DNA from: Tubiluchus corallicola
Taxonomy: Eukaryota; Animalia; Priapulida
Direction: 5' to 3'
Length of the DNA stretch: 64,000 nt
Assembly (NCBI GenBank): GCA_030141605.1
Contig: JAQGDQ010000104.1
Location: forward strand, 1 to 64,000
Numbering within the stretch: the stretch's first letter is position 1; each line of letters starts with the position of its first letter. The notes beneath the pieces are model-generated. The model saw only the letters and a program-made list of their open reading frames with translations. It made no database searches and was not told where the DNA came from. Made by a program: the position numbers and the translations under genes. Below, one piece after another: positions 23,129 to 36,720 of the stretch.

Positions 23129-24478
23129 GTGAGACAATATGTTATTAATCAAGAATAGTTTTTATAATCATTCGAAGCACCTGTTTTCTACGCCTTTTAA
23201 GCAAAACAGTAACACGAAATGTCCATATTTCATAAGCAGAAAAAAGTGGTAAGACAGAAGAATTTTATAGCTCTATATATCCTAGTTCATATACTGCCAA
23301 CCTTTCAGTCCACGGGGATTATGCTCGGTCTTTCTATGTTGTGTATTATACGGCTGTATTATAGTTGAGTGTTTGTGCTCCTAGATGGCAGTAGTTGCTA
23401 ATCCGGCTAATTCCTTGTGTACGTGTTTGCCAAAATTGTTGAAAATCTGCCACCAGGTAGCCATTCTTTTGTTAGTGAGTAAATCATCAAGAAGGGGTGA
23501 CACAAGAAAGGAGCGTCGTGAATTTCAAAGAGCAAGGTAACAAAAGTGACCAGACTGGTGACTTTTGTTGAATTTGCAAGACTCACACAGGTCTTGGCGC
23601 TGCCTTGCAAAATAACCAAATGAAGTGAATTTAATTTGCACTTCTAGCAGCGCCAACAACACATAAAACGTTAAAATATAAAAAGTTAAAATTGTTGAAG
23701 TAAATAGCACAGAAAAAACACAAATTATGAATAAAACTACAGGTACAAACAGTTTATATACTCCTTTACATGGAATTTACGGCTATAATAGCTTCTGCCG
23801 ACAGAAAGGTGTAGATAAATTAGAGACTCTAACTAATTTCTGTTCTGATTGTGAAATCTAGGTAAATTCACTAAAAACCAAGTTTTTAACATAAATTTAC
23901 TCGAATTTATATGAATTTATTGCAAGTAATAAATTGCAACGAAAGAGGTCTAGAACCTATTTGTAGAGATGAGTTAGCCGTACATCACACGTGGCACTAT
24001 ACTTATTGCGAAGTATACTATATACACTATATGCAGACCCAAAAAAGAAGGCCCTTTTTGTCAAACACATAGAACACAAACAGCCAATGTCTTCAAATAT
24101 CATGCTTTGTGCAGCAGTACTGCGACTTTCCCTACTAGGTCAAGAAAGAACTCTGGATGTTGCGCTTCTGAAAAGTTTTTTCTATACTGTTGACACCTCG
24201 AATTCTGACGCATATCTTACAATATCAGGAATCATATATCTAGCATTAACCAGTGCGCACCAGTGCTTGTAATGGTTTAGTTCTTATCGAATACCGCATC
24301 TTCATTTCATGGGAACCTAGAAAGGTCTTTAAGCGAGCCACCGTATGGTGACGTTCAGAAGTTCATTGCCACAGAAAATCGACAGTTACTGGGATCTGTA
24401 GCGGAGAGCAACTCATCGAAGGGTATTACTTATAAAACTTTTAATTCTGCTTGCATGTCCCGCAATTCCTATAGGCAT

Positions 24479-24645
24479 TTTCGAGCAGCACCGTGTTACG
24501 TTTACCAGCATAAGACTACAGGCACAAAAATTAAAGATAGCAACCGGTAGATGGCAGCGTCAACCCAGTGAACGGAGACTGTGCCCGTGTGGTACTGTGC
24601 AGATAGCAGAGAAAACATCGTATACAGAGTGTCCTCTCACTGAAC
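24479..24645 (+). mobile_element. Decayed non-LTR retrotransposon C-terminal zinc-finger fragment (RTEX-like)
   Basis: Translates FEQHRVTFTSIRLQAQKLKIATGRWQRQPSERRLCPCGTVQ, then frameshifted ...H...ECPLT. Matches the RLxxHxLxIETGRW...RLC-C...EH...CP motif at LINE ORF2 ends. Confidence 0.7.
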
Positions 24646-24815
24646 CAGTTTCCTCCTCACACCATCCCATAACGTTTTTCCAAAATTGTTTACTTAGTTT
24701 ACGTCATTAATGGTTTTTGCATCCTTCTAAATATTATTAATGTACTATGTATGTTGACTTGTTCGTCATTATGTATGACGTTTACTGCAAACTTGATTTG
24801 CTATTTTGGACTGAT

Positions 24816-25265
24816 CAGGGGCGTATCAAGACTTTACGATTCACTAGGTTGATAGTGCTGTACCGCCCCTCTCTATTGTGAATTTATGTAACTAGAAGTT
24901 TAACTGTAACTAGGTTGCTTATGTAACTAGAAGTTTAAACAATTTCTTGTGGTTTATTAAAAACACTATTTATCTAGTTCTACGTGGTCATTTTTAATTA
25001 CATGTATCTGTATAGCACTTACATTCAAGCAAGCTGCGCAACTGCTTGTTGTGTAATACCTTGCACCTGTTTGTGATGTGGCACTTACATAAGAGCTGCT
25101 GTCAGTAACTGCCTGTGGTGTGTTACAAAACGCGCCCTTTTACATGAATATGAAAGTATACACATTTTCTGAGGAGAATAAGAATTTTTTCTTAAATGTG
25201 ACGCCCCTCAAATTTTTGGCGCCCTAGGTTATAGCCTAGTTAGCCTATTGGTTAAAACGCCCCTG
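24816..25265. mobile_element. hAT-type MITE
   Basis: TIR CAGGGGCGT ... ACGCCCCTG; 8-bp flanks GGACTGAT / GGACTAAC (6 of 8 identical). Confidence 0.65.
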
Positions 25266-25499
25266 GGACTAACATTTAGAGTTACACCACATATTGTTAT
25301 TCGACTCGATCTGTTGACATTACAAATTATTAGTTTATAAACTATTACTGCTACTACGCAACAGAGATTTAAGGAGCCTCGAGCTGTTAGTGCAGTAGAG
25401 ATTTTCATGTAAAAATTAAAATTTTAACCATTAAGCAAAAACATCTGAGAAAAGGGATGTTCATTATAACCATCCTACGGACAGACCACTTTATATGGT

Positions 25500-26500
25500 T
25501 AACAGGCCTAATTATCGTTATAAATTACAAAATATTTACTAATTAGACTGACTTTTATAATTAATCATTATAGAATTATAAAAAGCCAAGTTTTAAAAAA
25601 GAGCATAAACATTTAATAGAAATTAAAGTATAATATTAGTAATTATTAGTAATCGATTTTCAATATTATTTCTTTACTCAAATTTTAATAGCTATTACTA
25701 ATTTTAGCATTTATTTTTCTGTTACTGTATGCCATAAAATTGGTTCTGCTCACACTAAACTGTAAATTTTATTTGTCTTATTCTTTACTAATAATATCAC
25801 ACAATGGCTTTACATGATTTGTGCCATATATCTGAATGGTTACGGAACATATTTGGTGGCAATAATATATGTCAATTATATACAAGAGGACTAAGACAGG
25901 TCTTAAAATCGAACCTTGTGGTACGCCATTTTAATTGTCATCTCAAATTCTCCAATTTTAATGAGTAAATTCCAAATAAATTTTTATGAAATTTCTTGGC
26001 GTTCCTTTTATTCCATAAGTTTCCAGTTGTATATTAATCAAGTTATTAATTTATACTATACACCAACTATTTCCTCTCGTCGTTTGCAATGAACCAAAGT
26101 AATTGCATGTTGATGTTCTAATCCGTACTGACAATCGATGGTGATTTTGTTCTTTTCAAAAAAAATTTCGAAGCGTAGCGCAGAGTTTCTCATAACCGCT
26201 TTCAGAACTGTGGTAACGAAGACACAGGTCTATAACTTGTAAGATGACTTCTTCTTCCATCTTAAAAAATTGCGTACGTTAGAATTTCATTAAAACTGGG
26301 ATATTTCTTATTAAAACTGAGATATTTCCTATGAGAAAGGAATTATTACAAATATATATTGCCTGTAGGGCTCTAACATAGAGTACTTTAACTACATTTT
26401 TTTGTCATTGTCTTATCAACGTTTTCTGAATTTTATATCTGAAACAATTATTAGATCTGATGGTTTTCTACTGAAGAACAATAACCAATAGATATAGGTA
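25500..26500 (-). pseudogene. Decayed LINE reverse transcriptase (CR1/L2/Crack group)
   Basis: Minus-strand remnants in the expected order: SYRPVSSLPQF (~26237-26205), LETYGIKGTP (~26026-25997), GVPQGSILRPVLVLLYIID (25927-25871), NKxQFSVSRTNFM (~25775-25733). Many stops and frameshifts; boundaries approximate. Confidence 0.75.
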
Positions 26501-29199
26501 ATTATTTTTGACTTCTCTATGTTAAAATTATTATAGTTTCACAGTGATAACTAAGAATAGTCATACCATTTTGTAGAATTTTAATAGTCATTGTACGTTT
26601 TGGTTTACATGACTGTAAGAAACGGTTGAATTTATTTCGTTTTTATATTTTAGTATCTCATCGTGTTAGAAAAAGGAAAATATGCCGGGAAACCTGAACA
26701 TTAATGTTTCATTTTTATAATTTTGTTTGAGATTTTCCAAGTTCCTCTTTACATCTAATAAGCTGTTGTAACACCGGTTTTCATTGCATCAGTCGCCAGT
26801 TTGAATAAATTACTTCACGCGCATTCGGCCTGTCTAGTGTCCAAGTTTTAAAAAAAATTTCTGTTTAATTTGAAAACTATAAGAAATTAACTTGGAATTT
26901 TAAAGTGTGATTATAGCCAGATATGGCAAATTATGGTTCATTATGGTAAATTACAAAACTTTATCATTAAAAACGCGGGAATAATTTGACTTCTATCAAT
27001 TGTGGAATTTTAAGCGGAAGAAAAATAAAACGAGCAAACCAAGAAAAATGCAAATAGCTATTTAAGCATTTAGTAATTATTACACTTAAGAGTTTTACAC
27101 TTAGAGATTTAGGAATTATTACACTTGAAGAGTTCGTTATGAGGATAACAATATTTACGTATGGTCTGTCTACGTGAGACTGTTGGTCTATGGACAGGCA
27201 TCGTACCGTGAACAGTGGACACTGTGATTGTCTCAACTCTTCCCACGAAACGCGGTATTCAAATACATGAACGCAACTCAAAAACTCTAATTCTGAACAT
27301 TAATTTTATTATTCGTCAAAACTTTCGCGCGTCCATTAAAGTTCCATCAACTAGCGCATTCAAGTGGCATCAGGTTTCAGCAAGCGAACTTCTTTTTCCA
27401 CTCATCACTTTAGCACACAGTAAGCGGCTGATCCATCATCCACCCGCCCCGTCGTGAGCTCATCTACGCCCTTCTCACCTTTCCTTGTGTCAGCAGGGGC
27501 GACCGAGCACTGGAGATGTTTATATTTGATCAAAGTTCAAAAACTGATACGTGTGTCTGAGTGGGTCGGGGTAGCAATGAGGTTGCAAGCAAGCTGTGTG
27601 CGGAACAACTTTTCAAGAGCTAATTACTATAAGCCACGATTCTGTTATAGAATATAAAACATTATAAATTGTTTTTAATAGAGAAATTGTCAGATGGATA
27701 ATTTAATTTTTCATGATCACTCTGATGCAATTTGCACGATAAGATACTGAACTATGTAATGACGGCGTTCCTCGTGGGTGATAGCAATTAGTAACTTATG
27801 CAATACGAGTATGAAGCGCACTTAACTTTGGTAACGTTGCGAGACTGGTACTAAGGCTTTTGAAATGCGGAGTTTTCCTTGTGATTTATGTGTACCTGTT
27901 TTTGAATACAAAGCTTACTAAAAGCTCAATTAACATTTCAATGCTTTTATTCTACTGACAGACAATCTGAGTAAATCGAGAAAAAAAGAAAAAAGATATT
28001 ACAATAATTAAAGATGGCCATTTCAAGAATTACAGCACGAGTTCTTGGTACCCAAACAGTAACCTAATAGGAACTGCAGTTTTCACTGTCCATAAGAGTT
28101 TGTGCACAAGATATCACCAATTTGAGTAATCACTATTGAGCTCAAAAGTAAGCTGTTACTTATCTCTTGAGTGAGCGCTCACTACGTCAGTCCATTGGCA
28201 ATCACTGGTGTACTCCATGGAAGGGATACCATCTCCGAAACATCGCATATCATGCCCCCACAGTACTAGGTGCCAGTCCGTCCACACCGTGATAACAAGT
28301 GCTGGATTGCTTATACTGTCTAGAAGACTCAAAGTTGGTCTTTCCTCCATTCAATTGCATTACAACACATTGTCCCCTAGGATAGTATTACACCATTTAC
28401 AACTGTCCAGGATTTTTCACAATAAAACATCGGTTCAGCCAATTTCAACAGATAAATCTTAGGTTTGTCCTCAAAATTATAAACCCAACATTTTAACTGC
28501 TATCATTTTCCAGACTATCCTACACACTTCCCAATATCAAAAGCACATTTTCCTGTTACTGGAACAGTTCACTACATTTCTAGGTAGTTTGATACTTTAG
28601 ACAGGTAACTATAACACTGTATAGGCGGAATGAGAAAGCAAAACACCCCTGTAATAAAATAAATAAGGCCGAAGCCAACACACTTTCAAAATGACCTGCA
28701 TAACACTGAAATTTAGGTTACCTGTGGGGCAGATATAGTTCATGGGTGCCTAGTACATTATTACCACAACAGCAATGAAAAATAAAGTAAACTATGCAGG
28801 TAGCTTCCTTATACAAAATCAAACTAAGTTAGGCCTCTTCAATCGAACAAAACATTTATCCCTGAACCAAATTGTATTGTATAATGTACATATGTGGTTG
28901 CTTGTAATGTGCAAGAACACACTTTAGCCAAGGGGTGGACCTAGTCTGGTCCATCACAAACTAGCAGAGGTGCCTGCCATGTCGGGTGTACATGCAGCGC
29001 CCCTCTATGAGGTGAACAGTCAGAATCAGTACAGCGAAGGCGAAACAACTAGACCGTGTTGATGACAAAGTCCATAAACTTAAGACAAAAACTGCAAGTG
29101 CTGACTGTGAAAAATCTTTGCTGACTTGATCTTTGTCTTAACATCATAATTTTGCTATTCTTGAATTCTCCATGTTGATTACATAGTAAATGTATTTCA

Positions 29200-29700
29200 T
29201 TGCAACCCGTTTTAACACTTTCGCCTATGTCACGTAACCTGGCCATGCACACTTTTCAAAAAAATCTAATTACACACCTGTACTATAACATACTGTACAC
29301 ACGCTCTATAACATAGGTTTCAAGTTAAATACTGCAGGCAGTGTTGAGTGACAAATTCGCTCACTCTTATTTTCACATTTTGAGTCTTACTGCTGTATTC
29401 ATTGACCCAGCGGTACCCATTCCTATACCGTTCCATGCAACCTATGTTAGGTGCCCACTTTGCAAGTTTCGTGATTCTAGCTCTTGCACTTATGGGGTTG
29501 TTGATTAGACCCCATTTTAACACTTTCGCTTATGTCATGTGATCTGGCCAGGCCCACTTTTCGAAAAATACTTAATACACATCTATTCTTGGTCCTTGGT
29601 CGGTTGCCCATACATGCATAAACAGTGACTCTTAGTCCAATATTGTAAGAGAAGTTGAGTGACCAAGCCGTTTGCCATAATTTTTACCTTTTTACATGAC
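29200..29700. repeat. Interspersed repeat with a ~65-bp internal direct repeat (Helentron/HINE-like)
   Basis: TTTTAACACTTTCGCYTATGTCAYGTRAYCTGGCCA...CACTTTTCRAAAAA at ~29210 and ~29515. Confidence 0.45.
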
Positions 29701-29900
29701 ACAATTGACAAATGACATTCTCATCCACTCGCGTAGCAAAGTGTTAGTTTGAAAATGTCACAAGTGTGAAAGCCAGCAGCAACCCACTTAATAATAGGAA
29801 CGGTACGTTAATGTTTTTGCCCCCAAGTTAAAAATTTAACTTTTTGACATGAAAACGTGTTATGAATATTTGTATAAGTCGACCTACATATTAAACGCAC

Positions 29901-29907
29901 TATATAA
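29901..29907 (+). promoter_or_regulatory. Candidate TATA box of the pentraxin gene
   Basis: TATATAA starting 83 bp upstream of the signal-peptide ATG at 29984. Confidence 0.5.
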
Positions 29908-29983
29908 GCATATGTATGTAGAATGTAAAGAAACTTCCATGCCAGCACGTCTTGTGATCTCATTATATTGGTTGATATAGACG

Positions 29984-31012
29984 ATGGCATTAACTACACG
30001 TTGTCGTTTATGGTGTTTTTGTGCTTTTTCCGTGATAATCATTTTGTTCTTTTTTTTGGCAAGTACAGAGGCCGGTGCAGGAAAGTCTTAATTCAACGCA
30101 AGGCGCGGATATGGTAACCAACCACTGCGTAAATTGAGCAAGTCGAAAAGTGGATACAGCAAGATGCAGTATCCAACAAAGCTACACAACAAAAGAAAGA
30201 AGACAAATTCAGTTGACATAAATGCTTTAAAAGGTGGAGTAGAATGTTTTGATATCAAGGAAGGAAGCGATGGAGATGTTGATGAGGGTATGGTAGTGTT
30301 TCCTGATTTTAGTAACGACAGCTACATAGATCTAGGCAATGTCATTAATGAAAATTTGACAGCTGTAACGGCGTGCATGTGGGTGAAAACGGATAAAGAT
30401 GTGGGTGTCGAAACAACGTTACTGTCGTACGCTACAGACTCTGAGTTCAGTAACGACGACGACACGATCCAGTTTGCTCTGAAATGTAATTCACTGGCAC
30501 TGTACGTGAACGGCGATAGGCCAGAAGACAATAATCTGGTAGCACTTAATGCAAACTTGAGAGACGGTAAGTGGCATTACTTGTGTGCCCGCTACGATAG
30601 TACAGACAATAGCTGGGCCGTTGACGCTGATGACAAGTATCACGCGTCAGGAACATATGAGGAGACTTTGGGCGTCATTCCTGCTGGCGGTATTCTGCTA
30701 TTTGGGCAAGATCAAGACTATACAGGTGGTGACTTTGAAATAGATGAAAGCTTTAAAGGTTGTGTTACCGGCATCTGGATGTCGTCTAGAAAGTTGACCG
30801 ACGAAGAAATAAGCCTGTCTTCAAAGACTTGCACTAACACTGGAGATTTGTTCACCTGGGACGAGTCACAGATTAACCTCGTTGGCGAAGATCTTCAACA
30901 AGAACCATCTACGTGTCCATTCGTGGCCACATCAACAATCAGAAACGTGTGTACTCTTCCTCAACACAGTTATGAAGACCTGATTTATTTAGCGAGCTTA
31001 ATCAAAGCTTAG
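29984..31012 (+). CDS. Intronless secreted pentraxin (CRP/SAP-like) with one in-frame TAA at codon 36 (30089-30091); null allele, pseudogene or readthrough
   Basis: ATG 29984 gives MALTTRCRLWCFCAFSVIIILFFFLASTEAGAGKS*FNARRGYG..., in frame with ORF 30134-31012. That ORF has pentraxin motifs LTAVTACMWVKT, TLLSYAT, DGKWHYLCARYDS, GGILLFGQDQD and SFKG. AATAAA at 31053-31058. Confidence 0.8.
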
Positions 31013-32696
31013 TCAAATACTGTAACTCTATAGGATTTTACAACCACTGAAGAATAAACATGCATAATCAGAAGTGAAATAATTAGTGTCATAAAATAAG
31101 TGAAATGACAAACTTAAGTGTCAAAATTCATTACTGAGTGTTTTATGAAACGAAATTTACAAAATTGAGTTTACCTGTTGTTTTAGTTAATAGTGTAAGA
31201 TTTCCATTGCTTCTTTTTAAATGCAGTTTACCAGAATGTTGAATATAATACTATGCTCTACAGTGTAAACTTAATGAAAAATGTAATTGAAATAATTAAA
31301 ACTCGTTGTACACTAAACTTTGTAATATAACATAACATAATATAATATAGTTGTCATATTTACCCTTTACTATTATATTATTATTATTATTATCATTGAA
31401 TTATATGGCGATTATATGCCTACCTCATGTGTAGGGTTCTGTCTATGTAGTTTTTCATTGTACTTCACTGTAATGTATTGTAATAAATTATAAATCGTCA
31501 ATGTTATTATCTCAAATTTTGATCTATATAATAGTCAATCCGTGCATAGATAATCAAAAACGGTCCTACAAAGACTCAATCAATTTCCCTGTTATGTCAA
31601 TCAATAAGTAATAATCACTAGGTCTACAATGAGTATCCAATCACTTTATATAAGTCGGGTTTGAATGGCAACGTCGCCATTTTGTACAAAATGAAAACGT
31701 GACAGAAATAATACACAAATTTTGCTTATGTACAACCAGTGATAGATTTTTCAATAAGGTTAACTAAAAACTGACTCGTAACTATACATGTCTACACGCT
31801 ACGGCTTGTTTTTGGCAAAGTTTAAAAAAGTTAAAAGTATCTTTTAACCGAAGAATTAATTTAAATATTTTTTAATAATAAAATCATTTCACGTAATTAG
31901 ATGCGTTCATTTAATAGTAATTAAAGCGGTAATTTAGCGTTCATTCAACGTAGTTTAATAGTAAATTCATCAAGCCTTAATTACACATAATATAAAATGA
32001 ATGCAGGGCCTCATTTTGATTTGGTACTCCCCTGAGCTACCGAATCTGTGAGACTTCGGTACCCAGTCACAATTACAAAAGTATGAATGTTGGATTCCTC
32101 AAATCAGTTTATTCAACTTCTACAGCATAATGCCAACATTAGACCTACATAGATGGGTGCAAGTCTAACACAAGAAAAAGAGAAGAGATATTCTGATATT
32201 CAGAAATTTAAAATAAGTTTTTGAAATATTAAACATAATACGTACAAATTACAATAAATAAATTACTGGTAATTGCCGGTGTGGCTGCACGATTGAGCTG
32301 GAATAATGGACAAGAAAACGATTCCTTTTTAATGAGATAATGCAGAATACTTCTACTTTCATTCTAAAGTAACTTTTCACAATAAATTAATTTCACTTGA
32401 TCTCTGGAGGCCCTCAGCTGTAGGAGGCCCCTGGACTGCAGTCCATGAAAATGTCCTGCAGCACTGCAAATAAAACTTCTTAGATGTTTTCCCTCGTTTT
32501 CATGCTTACCTTGATGTAATAATGATTTTATGTGCTTTATTTTATTTACTTATTTATTCGTTATTTGGTGAACTGTTTTACAATTGTTCTGTTTTTAATG
32601 TTTTTATTATCCAAAAAGTTAACTATAATTCCAATACGAATTCTATATTGTAAGGAACAATTGATGCTGATGCTGCTTTTCGCTTGGCTGTTGCAA

Positions 32697-32790
32697 TGTT
32701 GTCATGTTGTCGTGTTGCCATGTTGTCATGTTGTCGTGTTGCCATGTTATCATGTTGTCGTGTTGCCATGTTATCATGTTGTCGTGTTGC
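32697..32790. repeat. 24-bp tandem repeat (about 4 copies)
   Basis: TGTTRTCATGTTGTCGTGTTGCCA units. Confidence 0.85.
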
Positions 32791-33270
32791 TATCAGAATA
32801 ATTCATGTTCATAGAAGTTCTCATTAAAGAGTTGCAATAAAAAGCTGAATCAAATGAAATCAATTAAAATAAGTTAATGGCGTGGCTGCTAAAATACAGG
32901 AAACTCATGAAAGAAAGATAGAAGATTGATGCTTACCAGCTTTTATTAGCAGTAATTGATAATGGCATTATAGCAAAGTATTCATAGCAAAAATTACAAA
33001 ACTTAACAGCGTTTACATTATAAAAGCTTTGCTCAATCACCCTAGTTCAAGGCTGATGGTGGGTCGAACTAGACTCAGCACTTTATGATCCGTATACTCT
33101 GTGATCTCTCTGTATACAAGACGTACTAACTTTAGAACAATATCTTAATTAGCAGAGTTAACTCATAATGAACTGCTGTGATTTCTACTGAAAATTCTAG
33201 TCAAGGGTATTTAAATTTATATGCATCTAAAAAGCTTCAACATATTAGCACGACAGGAGCATGTGGATGC

Positions 33271-33462
<192 letters not shown>

Positions 33463-33863
33463 TACTCATTGGAAGAATAACAAATATAGCACTATGTAGG
33501 CTGTACCTGCAAAACAATGACTCAAATGGTACATAATTCATGTCAACACTTCATCGTTAGCCAGTCCCAGATTTTTCTCTAACAAAAATTGTTGAGATTT
33601 CAACTAGGCCTATTAGCAGTCGAATGATAAGTCAAATAACATTGTGATTCATAGGTTTCCTAATAGTTATGCTAAACGAATTATTTGTATTTGGTTTAAC
33701 TTTCTTGCACGAACGTAACTAAACGTTAGTTAGTTGTAAACTTAAATTCTTCTGTTTCAGTTTGAAATACCTGTTCAGCAAACACTGATTCTATACCTGC
33801 TTGTTGAAATGATTAAACAGCGTACCAGTTTTAATCTGTTCAGTTATGTTAGGTGATAATTAA

Positions 33864-34322
33864 CCCTTTCAGTACCAAATTAATTTTTAATCAGAAAAAT
33901 TTTTTTGGCTTGGTACTTTTGTTCAGTATGTCCATCTTGTTTACACATAATAATTATTTTTTTCTACCTGTGCCCGCGTGGTAAATATAGCCTGTATCCC
34001 ACGGGATACATTGGGATTCAATGGAAGAAAAAAATGTGCTTCATTTTGCAACTGTTGATAATTTTTTAAAGCATTTAAGACATTTAGTATGCACGCTATG
34101 CTGATCTGTACAAAGTCGTCTCTAAAGTACTGTACCTTGCACAGTTTTTTATGCTATGTAGATTTTCTAGTTTGCCATTTTATCACCATTTTTAGTCTAT
34201 TGTTATTGGGTTAAATCAAAATAACTATTAACAGATCAAATAACTGTCAGTTTTAAAATTTTTTTAATTTTAAAGGTAGAAAATATTCTCGTATCCCACA
34301 GGATACAACGGGTATGAAAGGG
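33864..34322 (+). mobile_element. Non-autonomous piggyBac-type MITE, copy 1
   Basis: TTAA|CCCTTTCA...TGAAAGGG|TTAA; two internal GTATCCCACRGGATAC palindromes; similar copies at 41892-42324 and 58756-59212. Confidence 0.9.
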
Positions 34323-35262
34323 TTAACCGGCTTCGGTGGTAGATTCAGTTGAAATGGCGCTCGACGCACGTTTTGAATTTAGAAGTTTAAACCCAACAGC
34401 ATGCTTTGTGTGCAAGTATTGTAATATCTCAGCTGCCTCTTTCCTCATTTTCAATTCGGCGGCGTATCGACGTCACAACTTCCTCTTTCGTTTCCGCAAA
34501 GGCGATCAATTATCATCCGAGCACACTCAAACCAGCTTCATAATTGTCGCTAATAGCTAAATCTGATTGAATAGCAAACAATTTGTTTGCTAAGTGCCGC
34601 AATGAGCTGCCCGGCTGCCTGCACGAGTGACTGATGAGAGGTGATCATGTAACGGTAAATAACTGTAACAGCAGCAAATGTTTGTGTAAGTTTACTATAA
34701 TATGCGCCATGAACTGCTAACTTGGAAGTCAATTAGCAGAATGGGTCCGTAGAAAACGGGTCATTCAGACCTCTTACCCACTTAGGTCCGCTGCTAAGAT
34801 TTCTTATCTGGAGCGCTATAATTAAAACATATACAAGTGATGGATGCACAGTACAAGAAAGACTATCTATATATTTGAGTTTACCTACTGTTATGGTTGG
34901 GTGTCTTTGACTTCGCAAACAAGTTTATTCTATTCCGTTTATTCTATTTCTATTTTCCATACTGCTGTAACGTCCAGTCTCTTGTTTCTGATTCCCTCTG
35001 TGCATTATTCTTTAAAAATTTCTTACCGTAAACAGCAACGACAACTTCCGTTAACATAAATAACATTATAAAAACATTTTAATCTTTATCTGATTTTTCT
35101 TAATCCAACAGATTCACTATTTTACTTCTCAGAACTACAATGAAACGCGTTTACGCCATTGTTTTCTCATGACCTCCTCATTCATTTATCCCTCCGCTGA
35201 TATAGTCCTCCTTGCGAATTCATTCACTACTTCACTATATATTTGCTTTTTTTACGTATTTA

Positions 35263-35717
35263 CCGTATTTTCCCGTGTATAAGAGACCCTTTTTTGCTCA
35301 GAATTTTCACTTTAAAAATAGGGGGTCTCTTATACATGGGAGTAAGTCTTTTCAATAAGATGCATAAATTGTGACACTAATGATTTTAAAGAAATAAGTG
35401 CTCTACAACTGTTTTGCGTGTCGCGTTCGACTATGAAGCGGTTGTAAGCAATACAAGCATCGTGACACAGGCATTATCTCCTCGTTTTCTCTTTTCCTGT
35501 TACAGGTTTGCAGGTACGCACTTTAATATATACCAGTACTCTTTTTCTACAACACATTAACTTGTTTTATTTTGTTTTCAGTACCGCACTGAGTTGAAAA
35601 AAGTTGTACTTTACCCTCTAAAAATGTCCGTCTGAAAAAACTTTTTTCCAGAATTTTTGCCTAAAAATTGAAGGGGTCTCTTATACACAAGGGTCTCTTA
35701 TACACGGGAAAATACGG
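35263..35717. mobile_element. Tc1/mariner-pogo(Tigger)-type MITE
   Basis: TA|CCGTATTTTCCCGTGTATAAGAGACCC ... GGGTCTCTTATACACGGGAAAATACGG|TA: perfect 27-bp TIR, TA TSD, extra subterminal GGGTCTCTTATACA copies. Confidence 0.9.
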
Positions 35718-36199
35718 TATACATGTAAGATGTTGAAACGATAGCGTATTATGCAAAATTTACGATCTGACAAAATAACTAACAACCAAGCTAGCAAAAA
35801 ATGAAAATGAGGGAAGAAGGTTGGGCTTATGGAGTCCCTTCTTCCATTGTATGTGAGTCACCTAAAATATGAACATTAAAATCTTAATCAATAAAAAATA
35901 TACATCATGTATTTTAAAACGCTATAAAAGTTTGTGCAGCATTAAAAATATATTGAAATATTGAAATAGCTTTTTATATTCACCGCAGTATGTACATATT
36001 ATTGAATAACACACATTATTTAGCAAAAGTCACGCAAAAAACTACAGTTACCGTATTTTGTTCAACCTTAATTACAGTTCAAGTTATTGTATCACTAGGT
36101 AGTAAATTCAAGCGTTGTCATCACTGCACAGTTATTATAAGACTTTTCTAAATAAACCGCCGAACTCTGTGTAAAATAAATATTTTTAATACATCAGGA

Positions 36200-36720
36200 T
36201 AAATTCCTGACCAAATGACTGAATCAGATTTTTAATTTGACATTTGGATTTGAAGATGGTTGCGAAATAATCACTTTAAACGGATAGTCATAAAATTTAA
36301 AGGAATATGCAACAAGAAATTCTGCATCGACTGAGGGAGTCCGATTTTCAAATTAATAATTTTGAATTCAAGATGGCGGCGATAAAATCATTTAAAAAAA
36401 CCAATTTTCCCCCACAGAAATGTTTTAGGAATATATTAGAACAAACTATGCATAGATTTATTGACTCGCATCTTTTGTCTACATCTTGAATTCAAGGTGG
36501 CAGTAAAAACATAATTTTTGGAAACAGCCTGCGGCTCCACCAATTCGTAAAGGATCATTAGGAAATTTGACAGGAAGATATTAGAATGAAATCTGCTTTG
36601 GCAGACGGAGTCTGATTTTCGGTCTTCCATTGTGAATTCAAGATGGCAGCCTTAACTTCATTTTCGAAAAAAGCCTGCTACTCCGCTAATTTGCAATGGA
36701 TTGTCATGAAACGTTTCGGT
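36200..36720. repeat. Diverged tandem ~110-145-bp units carrying TGAATTCAAGATGGC (Helentron-associated satellite-like)
   Basis: Motif recurs at about 36250, 36363, 36487 and 36633 with similar flanks. Confidence 0.5.

Noticed and set aside
28150-28460. Possible decayed LINE RT fragment or short ORFs
   Set aside because: Only a vague resemblance; no diagnostic motif could be read.
30089-30091. Selenocysteine or pyrrolysine recoding of the pentraxin stop, or a variant genetic code
   Set aside because: The codon is TAA, not TGA or TAG, and TAA serves as a normal stop for ferritin, the glycosyltransferase and gag-pol in this window.
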